From a bacterium (lineage in GTDB: Bacteria > Patescibacteriota > Minisyncoccia > 1-14-0-10-42-19), in NCBI GenBank assembly GCA_030690215.1, contig JAUYHD010000004.1, positions 31,090 to 95,089 of the forward strand: a stretch of 64,000 nucleotides of DNA. The letters run 5' to 3'. Below the pieces are notes generated by a model that made no database searches, had not been told where the DNA came from, and was given only the letters and a program-made list of their open reading frames with translations. The position numbers and the translations under genes were made by a program. Shown in pieces: positions 50,960 through 59,455 of the stretch. Each line of letters opens with the position of its first letter. The first letter of the stretch is position 1.

Positions 50960-51610
50960 TCATTTTTGGAACTTTGGGAAAAATCTTCCTACGCGCTTCA
51001 TATAGTCGCTGTATTCGCTCCCAAATCGTAATACAAGGTTTGCTTCTTCTTTTTTCGTACGAATAACGAGCAACAAAAACACAGCCATCCCCGAAAGAAA
51101 AACAAACCAATTCCCTAAAGCAAGAGAATTCGCGATAAAAAGTGAGCAAAGCACTACATAAAATGGATGACGAACCCAGCGATACGGACCACTTGAGATA
51201 AATGTATGTTCGTTCCGTATTACGACCGTATCGGTTAGATTTTTACCGAGATGCCGGAATGTCCATATCCACAAAACTCCCGCACATACTCCTAATGCCA
51301 CGCCAGTCCAACGAAGCCACAATGGCAACGCGACAGCAGACCATTGCATGAACTCAGGGCTAATCAAAAAAACAATAACTCCGCCCATGCTAAGAAGCCC
51401 GCCCAAGCGAATACCTATAAGTATAAACAGTCCCTCTTGCATGCGATCTAGCTTTTCTTTTGTTTTTGAACGAACTCGATAATACCCCGCCCACGGCACT
51501 ACTATCAAAAAACCGACAATCATTACTGCCCGGATTATAGTATCTTGATCCATTCCCCTATTATCCCCAAGATAAGAAAAAATGGAAGCCAAAAAGAAAA
51601 ATCCCGGCAT
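50960..51610 (-). CDS. Isoprenylcysteine carboxyl methyltransferase (ICMT/PEMT) family membrane methyltransferase
   Basis: FISSGPYRWVRHPFYVV and a C-terminal ...EE..L...FG..Y..Y pattern. Confidence 0.7.
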   Translation of the reverse strand: MPGFFFLASIFSYLGDNRGMDQDTIIRAVMIVGFLIVVPWAGYYRVRSKTKEKLDRMQEGLFILIGIRLGGLLSMGGVIVFLISPEFMQWSAVALPLWLRWTGVALGVCAGVLWIWTFRHLGKNLTDTVVIRNEHTFISSGPYRWVRHPFYVVLCSLFIANSLALGNWFVFLSGMAVFLLLVIRTKKEEANLVLRFGSEYSDYMKRVGRFFPKFQK

Positions 51611-51637
51611 GCCGGGATTTTTCTCAAACTGATTTTT

Positions 51638-51961
51638 TTAGTATCGGTTTCTGCCACCTCCAAAACCTCCGCCGTGGCCGCCGCGATTAAAGCCGCCTCC
51701 TTGCGGGCGCTCTTCTTGCGGGCGAGCTTCGTTAACGACTATTTTTCGTCCATCAAGCTCTTTGCCATTGAACATTTCAATCGCTTTTTGAGCTTCCTCT
51801 TCCGAAGACATTTCCACAAAACCGAAACCCTTTGAACGACCGGACATTTTGTCCATGATCACGGTCGCTGTTTCAACGGTTCCTGCCTTTGAAAATTCTT
51901 CTTTCAAAGTATCGTCAACGGTACTGTAGGACAAACTTCCTACATACAATTTTTTTGCCAT
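51638..51961 (-). CDS. RRM-type RNA-binding protein with a Gly-rich tail
   Basis: MAKKLYVGSLSYS (RNP2), KGFGFVEM (RNP1), GGGFNRGGHGGGFGGG. The start is reassigned to the internal ATG at 51959-51961. Confidence 0.8.
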   Translation of the reverse strand: MAKKLYVGSLSYSTVDDTLKEEFSKAGTVETATVIMDKMSGRSKGFGFVEMSSEEEAQKAIEMFNGKELDGRKIVVNEARPQEERPQGGGFNRGGHGGGFGGGRNRY

Positions 51962-52158
51962 TGATAGTGTATTTATGCTTTTAATTTTTGTAAGCCGACC
52001 TCCATTTGTATCTTTCAGCTTACATAAAATATAAGGAAAGGAAAACAAAACGTAGTACTTACTTATCCAACCATATTAGACTATTGCGTCTAAAAAGTCA
52101 AGCTCCGTCCGGTAAGGAGCCTAGGAAGCTTATATTTGGCCGATTCTAATCAAAAATT

Positions 52159-52266
52159 GATATCAAATACGTATCCAATATACGCTGGTCCATATCATAA
52201 AAATACTTTCCCTCCGAATGCAGTTTTTCTGCTAAATCCCGCCCCACAAAACGCCAATGCCAGGGT
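52159..52266. repeat. 108-bp perfect direct repeat, copy 1. It duplicates the 3' end of the M15 peptidase gene. An imperfect match of about 17 bp extends to the left.
   Basis: Identical to 53550..53657. Confidence 0.9.
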
Positions 52267-52277
52267 CCGGGAAAATT

Positions 52278-52826
52278 TTATTTTTCTTTCTGCTCGTTTC
52301 CTTTTTCTATTTCAGAGAGAATCTCTCTTGTTACCTCCGCCTCCGTTTTACCTTCTTGTTTTGCGTATATTCGTATTGTTTGTTCTGCCTTTCTTTTTCT
52401 AAGCTCTTTTTTCCATTGTTCTAATTTTTCTGGAGTGTCTGGTTTTTCTGTCTCTTCTATAAGATCAAATATAAGCTCCAAATCTGTTTTTATATTTTCT
52501 TTTGGGTACGATTCTTTTTTTCTTCCGTCCAGCTCTTCTTTTTTATGTTTTATCCACTCAGACACTTTCTCTGCTTGAGGACTATGTAAAAAATTATAGG
52601 CAGTTTCGATGCCTTTTTTTATCCCCTCGGGGGTTATGTTTATCTCAATTTTCTTTTTATTTAAATCAAAAGAGAGTTTTGTGGGCGACCCCTCTGCTTT
52701 GATTTTTGCTGATACGTCAAATCCTTTTATATTTTTTGCAACTTCAAAAAGGGAGCCGCCTCTCTCCTTTTTATTTTTTTCTTCTTCTCGCTCTTGCGAG
52801 CGTGTTTCGGAAGATTCAAATGTCAT
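52278..52826 (-). CDS. Hypothetical Lys/Glu-rich protein (182 aa)
   Basis: ORF inside the repeat-bracketed insert. Confidence 0.4.
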   Translation of the reverse strand: MTFESSETRSQEREEEKNKKERGGSLFEVAKNIKGFDVSAKIKAEGSPTKLSFDLNKKKIEINITPEGIKKGIETAYNFLHSPQAEKVSEWIKHKKEELDGRKKESYPKENIKTDLELIFDLIEETEKPDTPEKLEQWKKELRKRKAEQTIRIYAKQEGKTEAEVTREILSEIEKGNEQKEK

Positions 52827-52905
52827 AATTGTTTTTTTATACCCTCATTTTATTATAAATAATAAAAAAAAACAAGGACGTATCAATACCCGATACGCCC
52901 CCGAA

Positions 52906-53421
52906 TTAGAGTCTGCCAAGGGTCTTCATTGCTTCTCTCGCATCCTCTTTTGTTACCCCTGACGATTGATTTTCTTTTTGTTTTTGGGGTAGATTTGAAC
53001 AAAGCCACAAAAAAAGACCTACACTCCCAAAGAAAAAGGCGGCCTTCGCTACAAATATACCGTATGATTCCGTAGAAATTTTTAGCGTTTTGGGATGTGG
53101 AAAATTTTTAGATATAGTATCGCTTGCCAGTAGTTCATTTGTCCTTTCGCGAATTTCCCTCTCTATCTTATTTTTAAAGAAGCTTGCTGTGAACGGCAAA
53201 TGAATACTTAATTCTACCTGTGACGAGCTTACAACAATTGTCCCATCAATAGAATGGCCTTTTACCAAAAAGCGGAAATTCCCAATATTTCCTGCCCATT
53301 TTTCTTCTCCATCAGTGATTTTATCCCGAGAGTATTTTTTCATATGCGCAGAAAATCCCTTCAAGCGTTTCAGTGCCTCTTCTTCTGACAGACCGTGCGG
53401 AAGAGTAATGTTTAATTCCAT
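52906..53421 (-). CDS. Hypothetical protein with a PHA_gran_rgn-like N-terminal domain and a C-terminal TM helix
   Basis: MELNITLPHGLSEEEALKRLKGF...ELSIHLPFTASFFKNKIEREIRERTNELL resembles the polyhydroxyalkanoic-acid-system family pattern. Tentative. Confidence 0.4.
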   Translation of the reverse strand: MELNITLPHGLSEEEALKRLKGFSAHMKKYSRDKITDGEEKWAGNIGNFRFLVKGHSIDGTIVVSSSQVELSIHLPFTASFFKNKIEREIRERTNELLASDTISKNFPHPKTLKISTESYGIFVAKAAFFFGSVGLFLWLCSNLPQKQKENQSSGVTKEDAREAMKTLGRL

Positions 53422-53536
53422 TTTTGGATTCCTCCTTTTTACGATTTTTTAAGTTGCTGATTTCGCCTCACATAATATCACAAAAAATGAAGGAAACCAA
53501 CCCCGCCCCCAAATCCTGCCTATACCTCAACTGATT

Positions 53537-54418
53537 CTAGTCAAAGAAAGATATCAAATACGTATCCAATATACGCTGGTCCATATCATAAAAATACTTT
53601 CCCTCCGAATGCAGTTTTTCTGCTAAATCCCGCCCCACAAAACGCCAATGCCAGGGTTCAAAACGATAATAATCGTTGTTGTCCGGGTATGAAAGAACAA
53701 AGCCGTACCTATAGGCGTGTTGCAGGAGCCACGCGTATGCAGGAACACCTTCAAACGAATAAAAATCGGCTCCTGTAGCCCCTGTAGTAAAATCAATTGC
53801 CGTACCCAACTGATGCTCTGAATATCCCTGATCTGCCGAAAATTGGCTTGCTCCCGTACCGTACACGACAGAATAACTAGATTTTAATAGTGCCTGTTCC
53901 CCAAAAGATCGGAACGCCGAGATTATCTTGATATCAATACCTGCGCTTTCGGCATCTTCTAAAAGATTTTTTACATATGGAAAAACTTTTTCGTGTACAA
54001 ATAATGTTTTTTCGCCATTGTAGACATGGCGCGGGTCAATTGCGGCAAGCTCTTCGGGCACATAATTCTCGTTCAAAAAATAAATCTTTGAATATTTTTT
54101 GAGGAGCTCCGAATCAAGCGTCTGTAATTTTTCAAACACGCCGACCATGCTCTGGATGGTGCTTATCTGCGACGTCAAATCATCCATTCTCTTTTTTTCG
54201 GCATAATAATTCTGCTCAAACATATCCCGCTCAAGAAGAGCGTCTCCAAGCTTTTTTGATGTTTCTTCAAGAGCTTTTTCAGAAAACAAAATACGCTCTT
54301 CTAAAAATAACGCGTGCTTTTTTAAATCATAGTTTTGATACCCTCCATACGCAATAACGCCCGCGAAAAGAGCGCACAAAAAAACAAAACCATACAATTT
54401 AAGATGCTGTAATTTCAT
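53537..54418 (-). CDS. D-alanyl-D-alanine carboxypeptidase (VanY / peptidase M15B) with an N-terminal membrane anchor and a coiled region
   Basis: SAFRSFGEQ, SEHQLGTAIDF, EPWHWR. Confidence 0.8.
   Translation of the reverse strand: MKLQHLKLYGFVFLCALFAGVIAYGGYQNYDLKKHALFLEERILFSEKALEETSKKLGDALLERDMFEQNYYAEKKRMDDLTSQISTIQSMVGVFEKLQTLDSELLKKYSKIYFLNENYVPEELAAIDPRHVYNGEKTLFVHEKVFPYVKNLLEDAESAGIDIKIISAFRSFGEQALLKSSYSVVYGTGASQFSADQGYSEHQLGTAIDFTTGATGADFYSFEGVPAYAWLLQHAYRYGFVLSYPDNNDYYRFEPWHWRFVGRDLAEKLHSEGKYFYDMDQRILDTYLISFFD
53550..53657. repeat. 108-bp perfect direct repeat, copy 2, lying within the last about 36 codons of the M15 gene
   Basis: Identical to 52159..52266. Confidence 0.9.
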
Positions 54419-54530
54419 TAAAATAAGTATAGCACGCTAGCCCATTCTCATATTATTGCATTCAATTTTATAAAATAAAAAAAGCGGATTGCTATATATA
54501 GCACCGCTTTTTCATACATATAATCAATAT

Positions 54531-54887
54531 TTATGAATGTTGCTTATCTGGGACAGCCCGAACCCGTAACTCAACTTCATCCTCATCAAACCTTAAAAAA
54601 GTCCCGCAACTAGGACAAGGGAATCGGAATTGATATCCCTCAACGACGCCATGCGCATCAGAAATAATCCCCTGACTAATTTGAATTTCTTTTCCCACAT
54701 TATCTAAATAAAAATTGCTGCCGCATTCATGACATTGCACTGTAATATAATGCGAAGCATTTTCAGCACACTTGCCCATACCTTCGTAAAGAATTGCATT
54801 AACCCTCTTTGGAACCCTTGACTTTGCCATCTTATCTTCTCGCATGTTTGTTAATACCTCCCTTTTTATTTGAAAACAAAATAGCAC
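54531..54887 (-). CDS. Hypothetical zinc-ribbon protein (CHEC...CPSC)
   Basis: ORF only. The likely start is the internal MAKSRVPK. Confidence 0.4.
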   Translation of the reverse strand: MLFCFQIKREVLTNMREDKMAKSRVPKRVNAILYEGMGKCAENASHYITVQCHECGSNFYLDNVGKEIQISQGIISDAHGVVEGYQFRFPCPSCGTFLRFDEDEVELRVRAVPDKQHS

Positions 54888-54990
54888 CCTTCGTGCTATT
54901 TGTCAATAAATAAATCATTAAAACAAAAACCGCCCTGGATATTTCGAAGGGCGGTTTTTGTTTTAATGATGTTTGGTTTTATATTCGTAC

Positions 54991-56883
54991 TTATTTGCAG
55001 AGCCCATTCGTTGGGGTCAAGCCGTCCCATGCCAGTCCCTCGGCGACTACATTGGTAACCGCGGTTGCATAGCATCCTGACGGTGCGTTTTTGAGCTCAA
55101 ACGTTACGGTACCGGCAGTTCCGGTAGTCCCTGTGCCATTCCAAGATGTTCCCGAGTCGTGGTTTAAGGTAATTGAAACCGAAGCGTTCATCACGGGATT
55201 TCCAAGGTTGTCTACAACTAGAGCGGTAACCGAAAGGTGTTTGTCTGAATTCTTTCCTCCTGAAGTAGCGTAGCTAATAGAATCAACACTGGCCGTACTC
55301 GCTTCAATCGGCGCCGGTCCTACAGAGAATGCGACCGAACCGCTTCCAGAAACACCTCTTGTGTCAGTAACGGTTGTCTCAACCGTGTATGTGCCGTCCG
55401 CAAGGCCCGAGATGTCAAAACTTCCCGTATAGGTCCCGAGAGTCTCGGTTTCGCTAAAAGTTATATTTGTAGAAGTACTATTGAGTATAGTAGCAAACGC
55501 CAACGCGTCAAGACCGGTTATGGCACTACCGTTTTCATCAGTAACTGCGGCAGTAAAAATTGCAGTGGTGTCTGTACCGCTTACATAACTGGTCTTGTCT
55601 GTCCCCAAAACAACAGTAACTGCCGGATCGGGAGGCTCAACCGGTCCAATTGCCGCAACTGCCGCGGCCGCGCTTACAAGACCCCAGCCATATTTGTTGT
55701 CCCTCCCAGTATCACCCAAATCTTCGGCAGTATCATTCAGAACTTGGCGCACTTCATCGTTAATAAATCCATTGCCGTTGGCATCGCTAATGCCTGCCGC
55801 TATAACTAACGCCGCCACTCCTGCTACATGAGGAGACGCCATCGAAGTGCCGCTACCTTCCTTATACCAGTCGCCGTTCAAAGTGAACGGCTGTGGGTTA
55901 TGCGGGCTGTCGCCGTCATTCCAAGAGGAAAGGACGGATACGCCCGGAGCGGATAGCTCAACCGCGGGACCAGTGCTTGACCAGCTTGGCCGTGTATTGT
56001 TTCCGTTGGTTGCCGCCACCGCGACAACGGATTCATACTTTGCAGGATAAATGACGCTATCGTTATTGCCTCCCGGATTGCCGGAGTTCCCGGCAGCTGC
56101 GATATGAAGAATGCCTGCGGCCGCTGAATTGTCAAAAGCCGCCTTTACGGTACTGCCGGGGTCTGACCCGCTCCCGTAACTATTGTTCGTTACTTGAATA
56201 TCGTTATCTACCGCCCACTGGAGTGCCGCAATAACATTACTGAATGAGCCGACGCCGGAGTCGTCTAACACTCGCAAAGAATAAAGCGCGCAACCCGAAG
56301 CTACGCCGACTACGCCCAAATCATTATCTTCTGCGCAGGCAGTTCCTGCAACATGCGTGCCGTGTCCGTAAACATCAGCTGGGTCGCCGTCATTTTCAAC
56401 GAAATCCTCACCGCCAGCATAAACGCCATCCAAATCCTGATGAAAATAATCAATACCAGAATCAATAATGGCTACCTTTACTCCCGTTCCGATATTACCG
56501 CTGTCGTGAACTGTTCCGGAGCCGATTCTTTTTACACCCCACGTATTATCCAATTCCGCGTCAATTGCATACACTGTCCCGTCCGCCTCAACATAAGCAA
56601 CTCGGGGATTCTTTAAAAGTCCCTTAACCGCCAATTCGGGCATGCTAGCCGCGATGGCCGGCACAAGATGATAACTATGAGAAATTTCGCCGCCAAAAGC
56701 GCGCACAAGCGCCTGTTCAGAGGCGCCCGGTGTTTGGGCAAACCCGATAAACACATTAACTCTTGAAGAAGCATGAGCGGTTTGCGAGGTAAGAGAACTT
56801 GCCCCAGCCACTCCCGCCAAAAGAGCTACGACCGCGAATACTGCTACCGACTTACTTATTTTTGTTTGTATGTTCATAATCAT
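54991..56883 (-). CDS. Secreted subtilisin-like serine protease (peptidase S8) with C-terminal beta-rich domains
   Basis: Signal peptide present. Asp, His and Ser motifs VAIIDSGIDYFHQDL, HGTHVAGT, GTSMASPHVAGVAALV. Confidence 0.85.
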   Translation of the reverse strand: MIMNIQTKISKSVAVFAVVALLAGVAGASSLTSQTAHASSRVNVFIGFAQTPGASEQALVRAFGGEISHSYHLVPAIAASMPELAVKGLLKNPRVAYVEADGTVYAIDAELDNTWGVKRIGSGTVHDSGNIGTGVKVAIIDSGIDYFHQDLDGVYAGGEDFVENDGDPADVYGHGTHVAGTACAEDNDLGVVGVASGCALYSLRVLDDSGVGSFSNVIAALQWAVDNDIQVTNNSYGSGSDPGSTVKAAFDNSAAAGILHIAAAGNSGNPGGNNDSVIYPAKYESVVAVAATNGNNTRPSWSSTGPAVELSAPGVSVLSSWNDGDSPHNPQPFTLNGDWYKEGSGTSMASPHVAGVAALVIAAGISDANGNGFINDEVRQVLNDTAEDLGDTGRDNKYGWGLVSAAAAVAAIGPVEPPDPAVTVVLGTDKTSYVSGTDTTAIFTAAVTDENGSAITGLDALAFATILNSTSTNITFSETETLGTYTGSFDISGLADGTYTVETTVTDTRGVSGSGSVAFSVGPAPIEASTASVDSISYATSGGKNSDKHLSVTALVVDNLGNPVMNASVSITLNHDSGTSWNGTGTTGTAGTVTFELKNAPSGCYATAVTNVVAEGLAWDGLTPTNGLCK

Positions 56884-57035
56884 TTTTTTAAATTATTTTA
56901 ATAATTTTATTATTTAATAATAATTTTAACTTTAAAAAGTGTTGGAATCAATAATTTTCATAAGACCATAATTATAGCAAACTTTTTAACAAAAAGCAAC
57001 CCCTTGCCTGCCCGCCTCTGAAGAGACATATCCAC

Positions 57036-57094
57036 AACATTCTAACATTCTACCCCTCAACTGTGTTCGGGATAAATAGAATGTTAGAATGTTG
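57036..57094. promoter_or_regulatory. Split inverted repeat: 'aacattctaacattct' - 27 bp - 'agaatgttagaatgtt'
   Basis: Same arms as the palindrome at 39622..39659. Confidence 0.55.
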
Positions 57095-57135
57095 GAGGAT
57101 TTTGTAAACCCAAGTTGCAACTCTAAAAACCAATG

Positions 57136-57207
57136 CTCTGGCGGCAGGGATCGAACCTGCGACCATCTCCTTAACAGGGAGCCGCTCTACCGCTGAGCTA
57201 CGCCAGA
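57136..57207 (-). tRNA. tRNA-Asn (anticodon GTT)
   Basis: The reverse complement TCTGGCGTAGCTCAGCGGTAGAGCGGCTCCCTGTTAAGGAGATGGTCGCAGGTTCGATCCCTGCCGCCAGAG folds as a cloverleaf. The anticodon loop is CTGTTAA. Confidence 0.85.
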
Positions 57208-57411
57208 ACATTGATTTTTAAACAACGGACAAAAAACAGTGCCTATTGCTCTCGTCCTCCACCGCAAAACCACCTGTCTGCCATGCCTTCGGCATGTAAA
57301 CCGACGGACGGGGCTATGGAATGTAAAACACAATATAGACAGAATATCACGCAAAAATATTCCTTTCAAGAAAAATCCCCCACTCGCGTTTGACGCGAAT
57401 GGGGGTCTATA

Positions 57412-58299
57412 TTATTTCATTATTTCAGAAAAATTGGGCATAATGCCCGCGAGCTTCAAAGCACGAATCCAGCGGGTCATTCCTATCCCGCCACCCGAAC
57501 GAACAAGCGGATTTTTTTCTACCATTTTTAAAAATGCATTCAATTCTTTCATTACCGCCTCTTCTGAAAATTCAGCAAACATTCTCGCGGCGTATTCCCC
57601 ATTGCTAATGTTAAGAAAGCGATCTCTCATCTCTCCGACATTGCAACTTCTTTGCGCAGAACCAACTGTTTCAACGCCATACACTAACACATCAATTTTC
57701 CTTGATACATCCATATCCCTCCACATATTCCAAAATGGATTGGAGTATTCCGGAAAATATTCTGAAAATACAACGGGGCCAAATTCTTTCCCCATCATTC
57801 GTTCATGCTCATCTGTTAATTCTTGCGTATTATAACGCTCTGCCATATCAAGATATCGCACATGAATATAATTTTCTTTTGAACCGAAGCCTACAAATTC
57901 AAGCAATCTTTCTTCCAAGGCTCGTAAATCGTTAATATCTCCATGCATCTCAAATTCAAACATAGGAAATATCAAATTGTGCCTTCCTTTTTTCGGCCGC
58001 GCTTCTCTCCGATAACTCGTGGTTGTACAAAATACTCCCCTTCTTACGTTTGGGTTCGTCAAAAGCTCCCATTCTAAATGCATCTGATTTGTTTGATGAA
58101 GAGCCCACACCTTTCCTAAAATCCAAAATGCCATGATGCTTTCCGGGACCTCACATGCAGAAAGATTATACAGATTGTGATCGTAATACCCTTTGTAAAA
58201 ACCTTCTCTCCTAAAGAATTCGGTCAGTTGCGCTTCTGCAAAATCCCACTCTTGGACAGGAATACGATCAATATATTCGCTTGCTTCAAATGGATTCAT
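57412..58299 (-). CDS. AsnRS-like catalytic-core paralogue lacking the anticodon-binding domain (archaeal-type asparagine synthetase A / aspartate-ammonia ligase)
   Basis: A class II aaRS motif-2-like block YRREARPKKGRHNLIFPMFEFEMHG and a motif-3-like block SGGGIGMTRWIRAL. The 295-aa length matches archaeal AsnA. Confidence 0.65.
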   Translation of the reverse strand: MNPFEASEYIDRIPVQEWDFAEAQLTEFFRREGFYKGYYDHNLYNLSACEVPESIMAFWILGKVWALHQTNQMHLEWELLTNPNVRRGVFCTTTSYRREARPKKGRHNLIFPMFEFEMHGDINDLRALEERLLEFVGFGSKENYIHVRYLDMAERYNTQELTDEHERMMGKEFGPVVFSEYFPEYSNPFWNMWRDMDVSRKIDVLVYGVETVGSAQRSCNVGEMRDRFLNISNGEYAARMFAEFSEEAVMKELNAFLKMVEKNPLVRSGGGIGMTRWIRALKLAGIMPNFSEIMK

Positions 58300-58402
58300 T
58301 GCGCCCTCCTTTTACTATGAATTTTTCAACGAACACAAATTGATACCACTCTACCACAAATCCTTCTTTTTGCAACCCTACTCCGTTTTTTGCTTTGCAA
58401 AA

Positions 58403-58684
58403 CTACGAACGGGCAAGGATCTTTTTTATATATCCTTCGCGCCCCAATAATCGTGCCTTGATACTGCTCCCGCGATTATACCCTCCTATCTTGCCGTCAG
58501 AACGGATGACTCTGTGGCATGGGACCGCGGGATTATAATTTTTGTTCAGAATATTTCCTACTGCGCGATATGCTTTCGGGTTTCCTGCGCGGCGCGCAAC
58601 TTTTATATAGGTAAGCGTTTTTCCTTTTGGGATGTTCGCGACAACGCTATACACTTTTTCTGAAAATGTTTTCATGAATATCAC
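58403..58684 (-). CDS. Methylated-DNA--protein-cysteine methyltransferase (MGMT) DNA-binding/active-site domain protein
   Basis: The PCHRV active-site motif followed by GKIGGY. 93 aa. Confidence 0.7.
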   Translation of the reverse strand: MIFMKTFSEKVYSVVANIPKGKTLTYIKVARRAGNPKAYRAVGNILNKNYNPAVPCHRVIRSDGKIGGYNRGSSIKARLLGREGYIKKILARS

Positions 58685-59175
58685 AAAAGGATAAAAAGGG
58701 ACAACGCGATAAAAATGCCCTGTATGCTAAACCCAATAAACGGGCGCGGCTCATAGGCCGTATGCACCCACTTGTGGAATCTATGGATAAACGGCATCGG
58801 GCCTTTTGGGAAAAACCAGAACATTGGCTGGAGTATGTCGGGCAGTACTGCGCCAAGCACAATCGCCCCAAAAGGAACTAAGCCCACTATGCTTATTTCC
58901 GGCCGTATAATAAAAAATAAGATGCCCGCTCCAACCGCTCCATCAATAAATATTTTTAGCACATCGCCAAATAAGCGTTCACGATGTATACCAAGAAATT
59001 TTGCTGTTTTCCCCTGGCCCTCACGGATAACAGCATCAAGCTTATAATCGCGATGCGGGATTATATCTAATAGATAATGTGACGCCAACGCGCCGACAAA
59101 CAACAGTACTGGGTGTAGACCCAACAAAGGTTTTGTAAGTACAGCAGCTCCTAGTACATGTGTAGTTAAAATCAT
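58681..59175 (-). CDS. Membrane protein, possibly a YdjM/DUF457-like membrane-bound hydrolase
   Basis: The N-terminus MILTTHVLGAAV plus a His-rich DIIPHRD. Tentative. Confidence 0.4.
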   Translation of the reverse strand: MILTTHVLGAAVLTKPLLGLHPVLLFVGALASHYLLDIIPHRDYKLDAVIREGQGKTAKFLGIHRERLFGDVLKIFIDGAVGAGILFFIIRPEISIVGLVPFGAIVLGAVLPDILQPMFWFFPKGPMPFIHRFHKWVHTAYEPRPFIGFSIQGIFIALSLFILL

Positions 59176-59259
59176 ATACAGGCATTGTACCCTTGTTATG
59201 TAAAAATAAATAACCGCACTACTTGCAGTGCGGTATCTGCGCTGGTTGCAGTCTTGCGG

Positions 59260-59417
59260 TTATTCCACCCAGCACATAACTCAAATATAGAGACTCACAC
59301 TGAAATCTTGTGCGTATGTTCCATGGTTATCAAAGCAATAAGGTAATATCCTAAAAGTTATGTGCTGGGTTTATTATCTGCAAACCGCGCAGTAGTGCGG
59401 GCAGATAATAATAAAAA
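59260..59417. repeat. Repeat family D, copy 2 ('ttattccacccagcacataac...gttatgtgctgggtttattatctgcaaaccgc...gcgggcagataataa')
   Basis: Matches 16107..16311. Stem 1 is maintained by compensatory substitutions. Confidence 0.5.
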
Positions 59418-59455
59418 GGCCGCTTTTGTTTCCAAAAAAACGGCCTTTCGTATAT

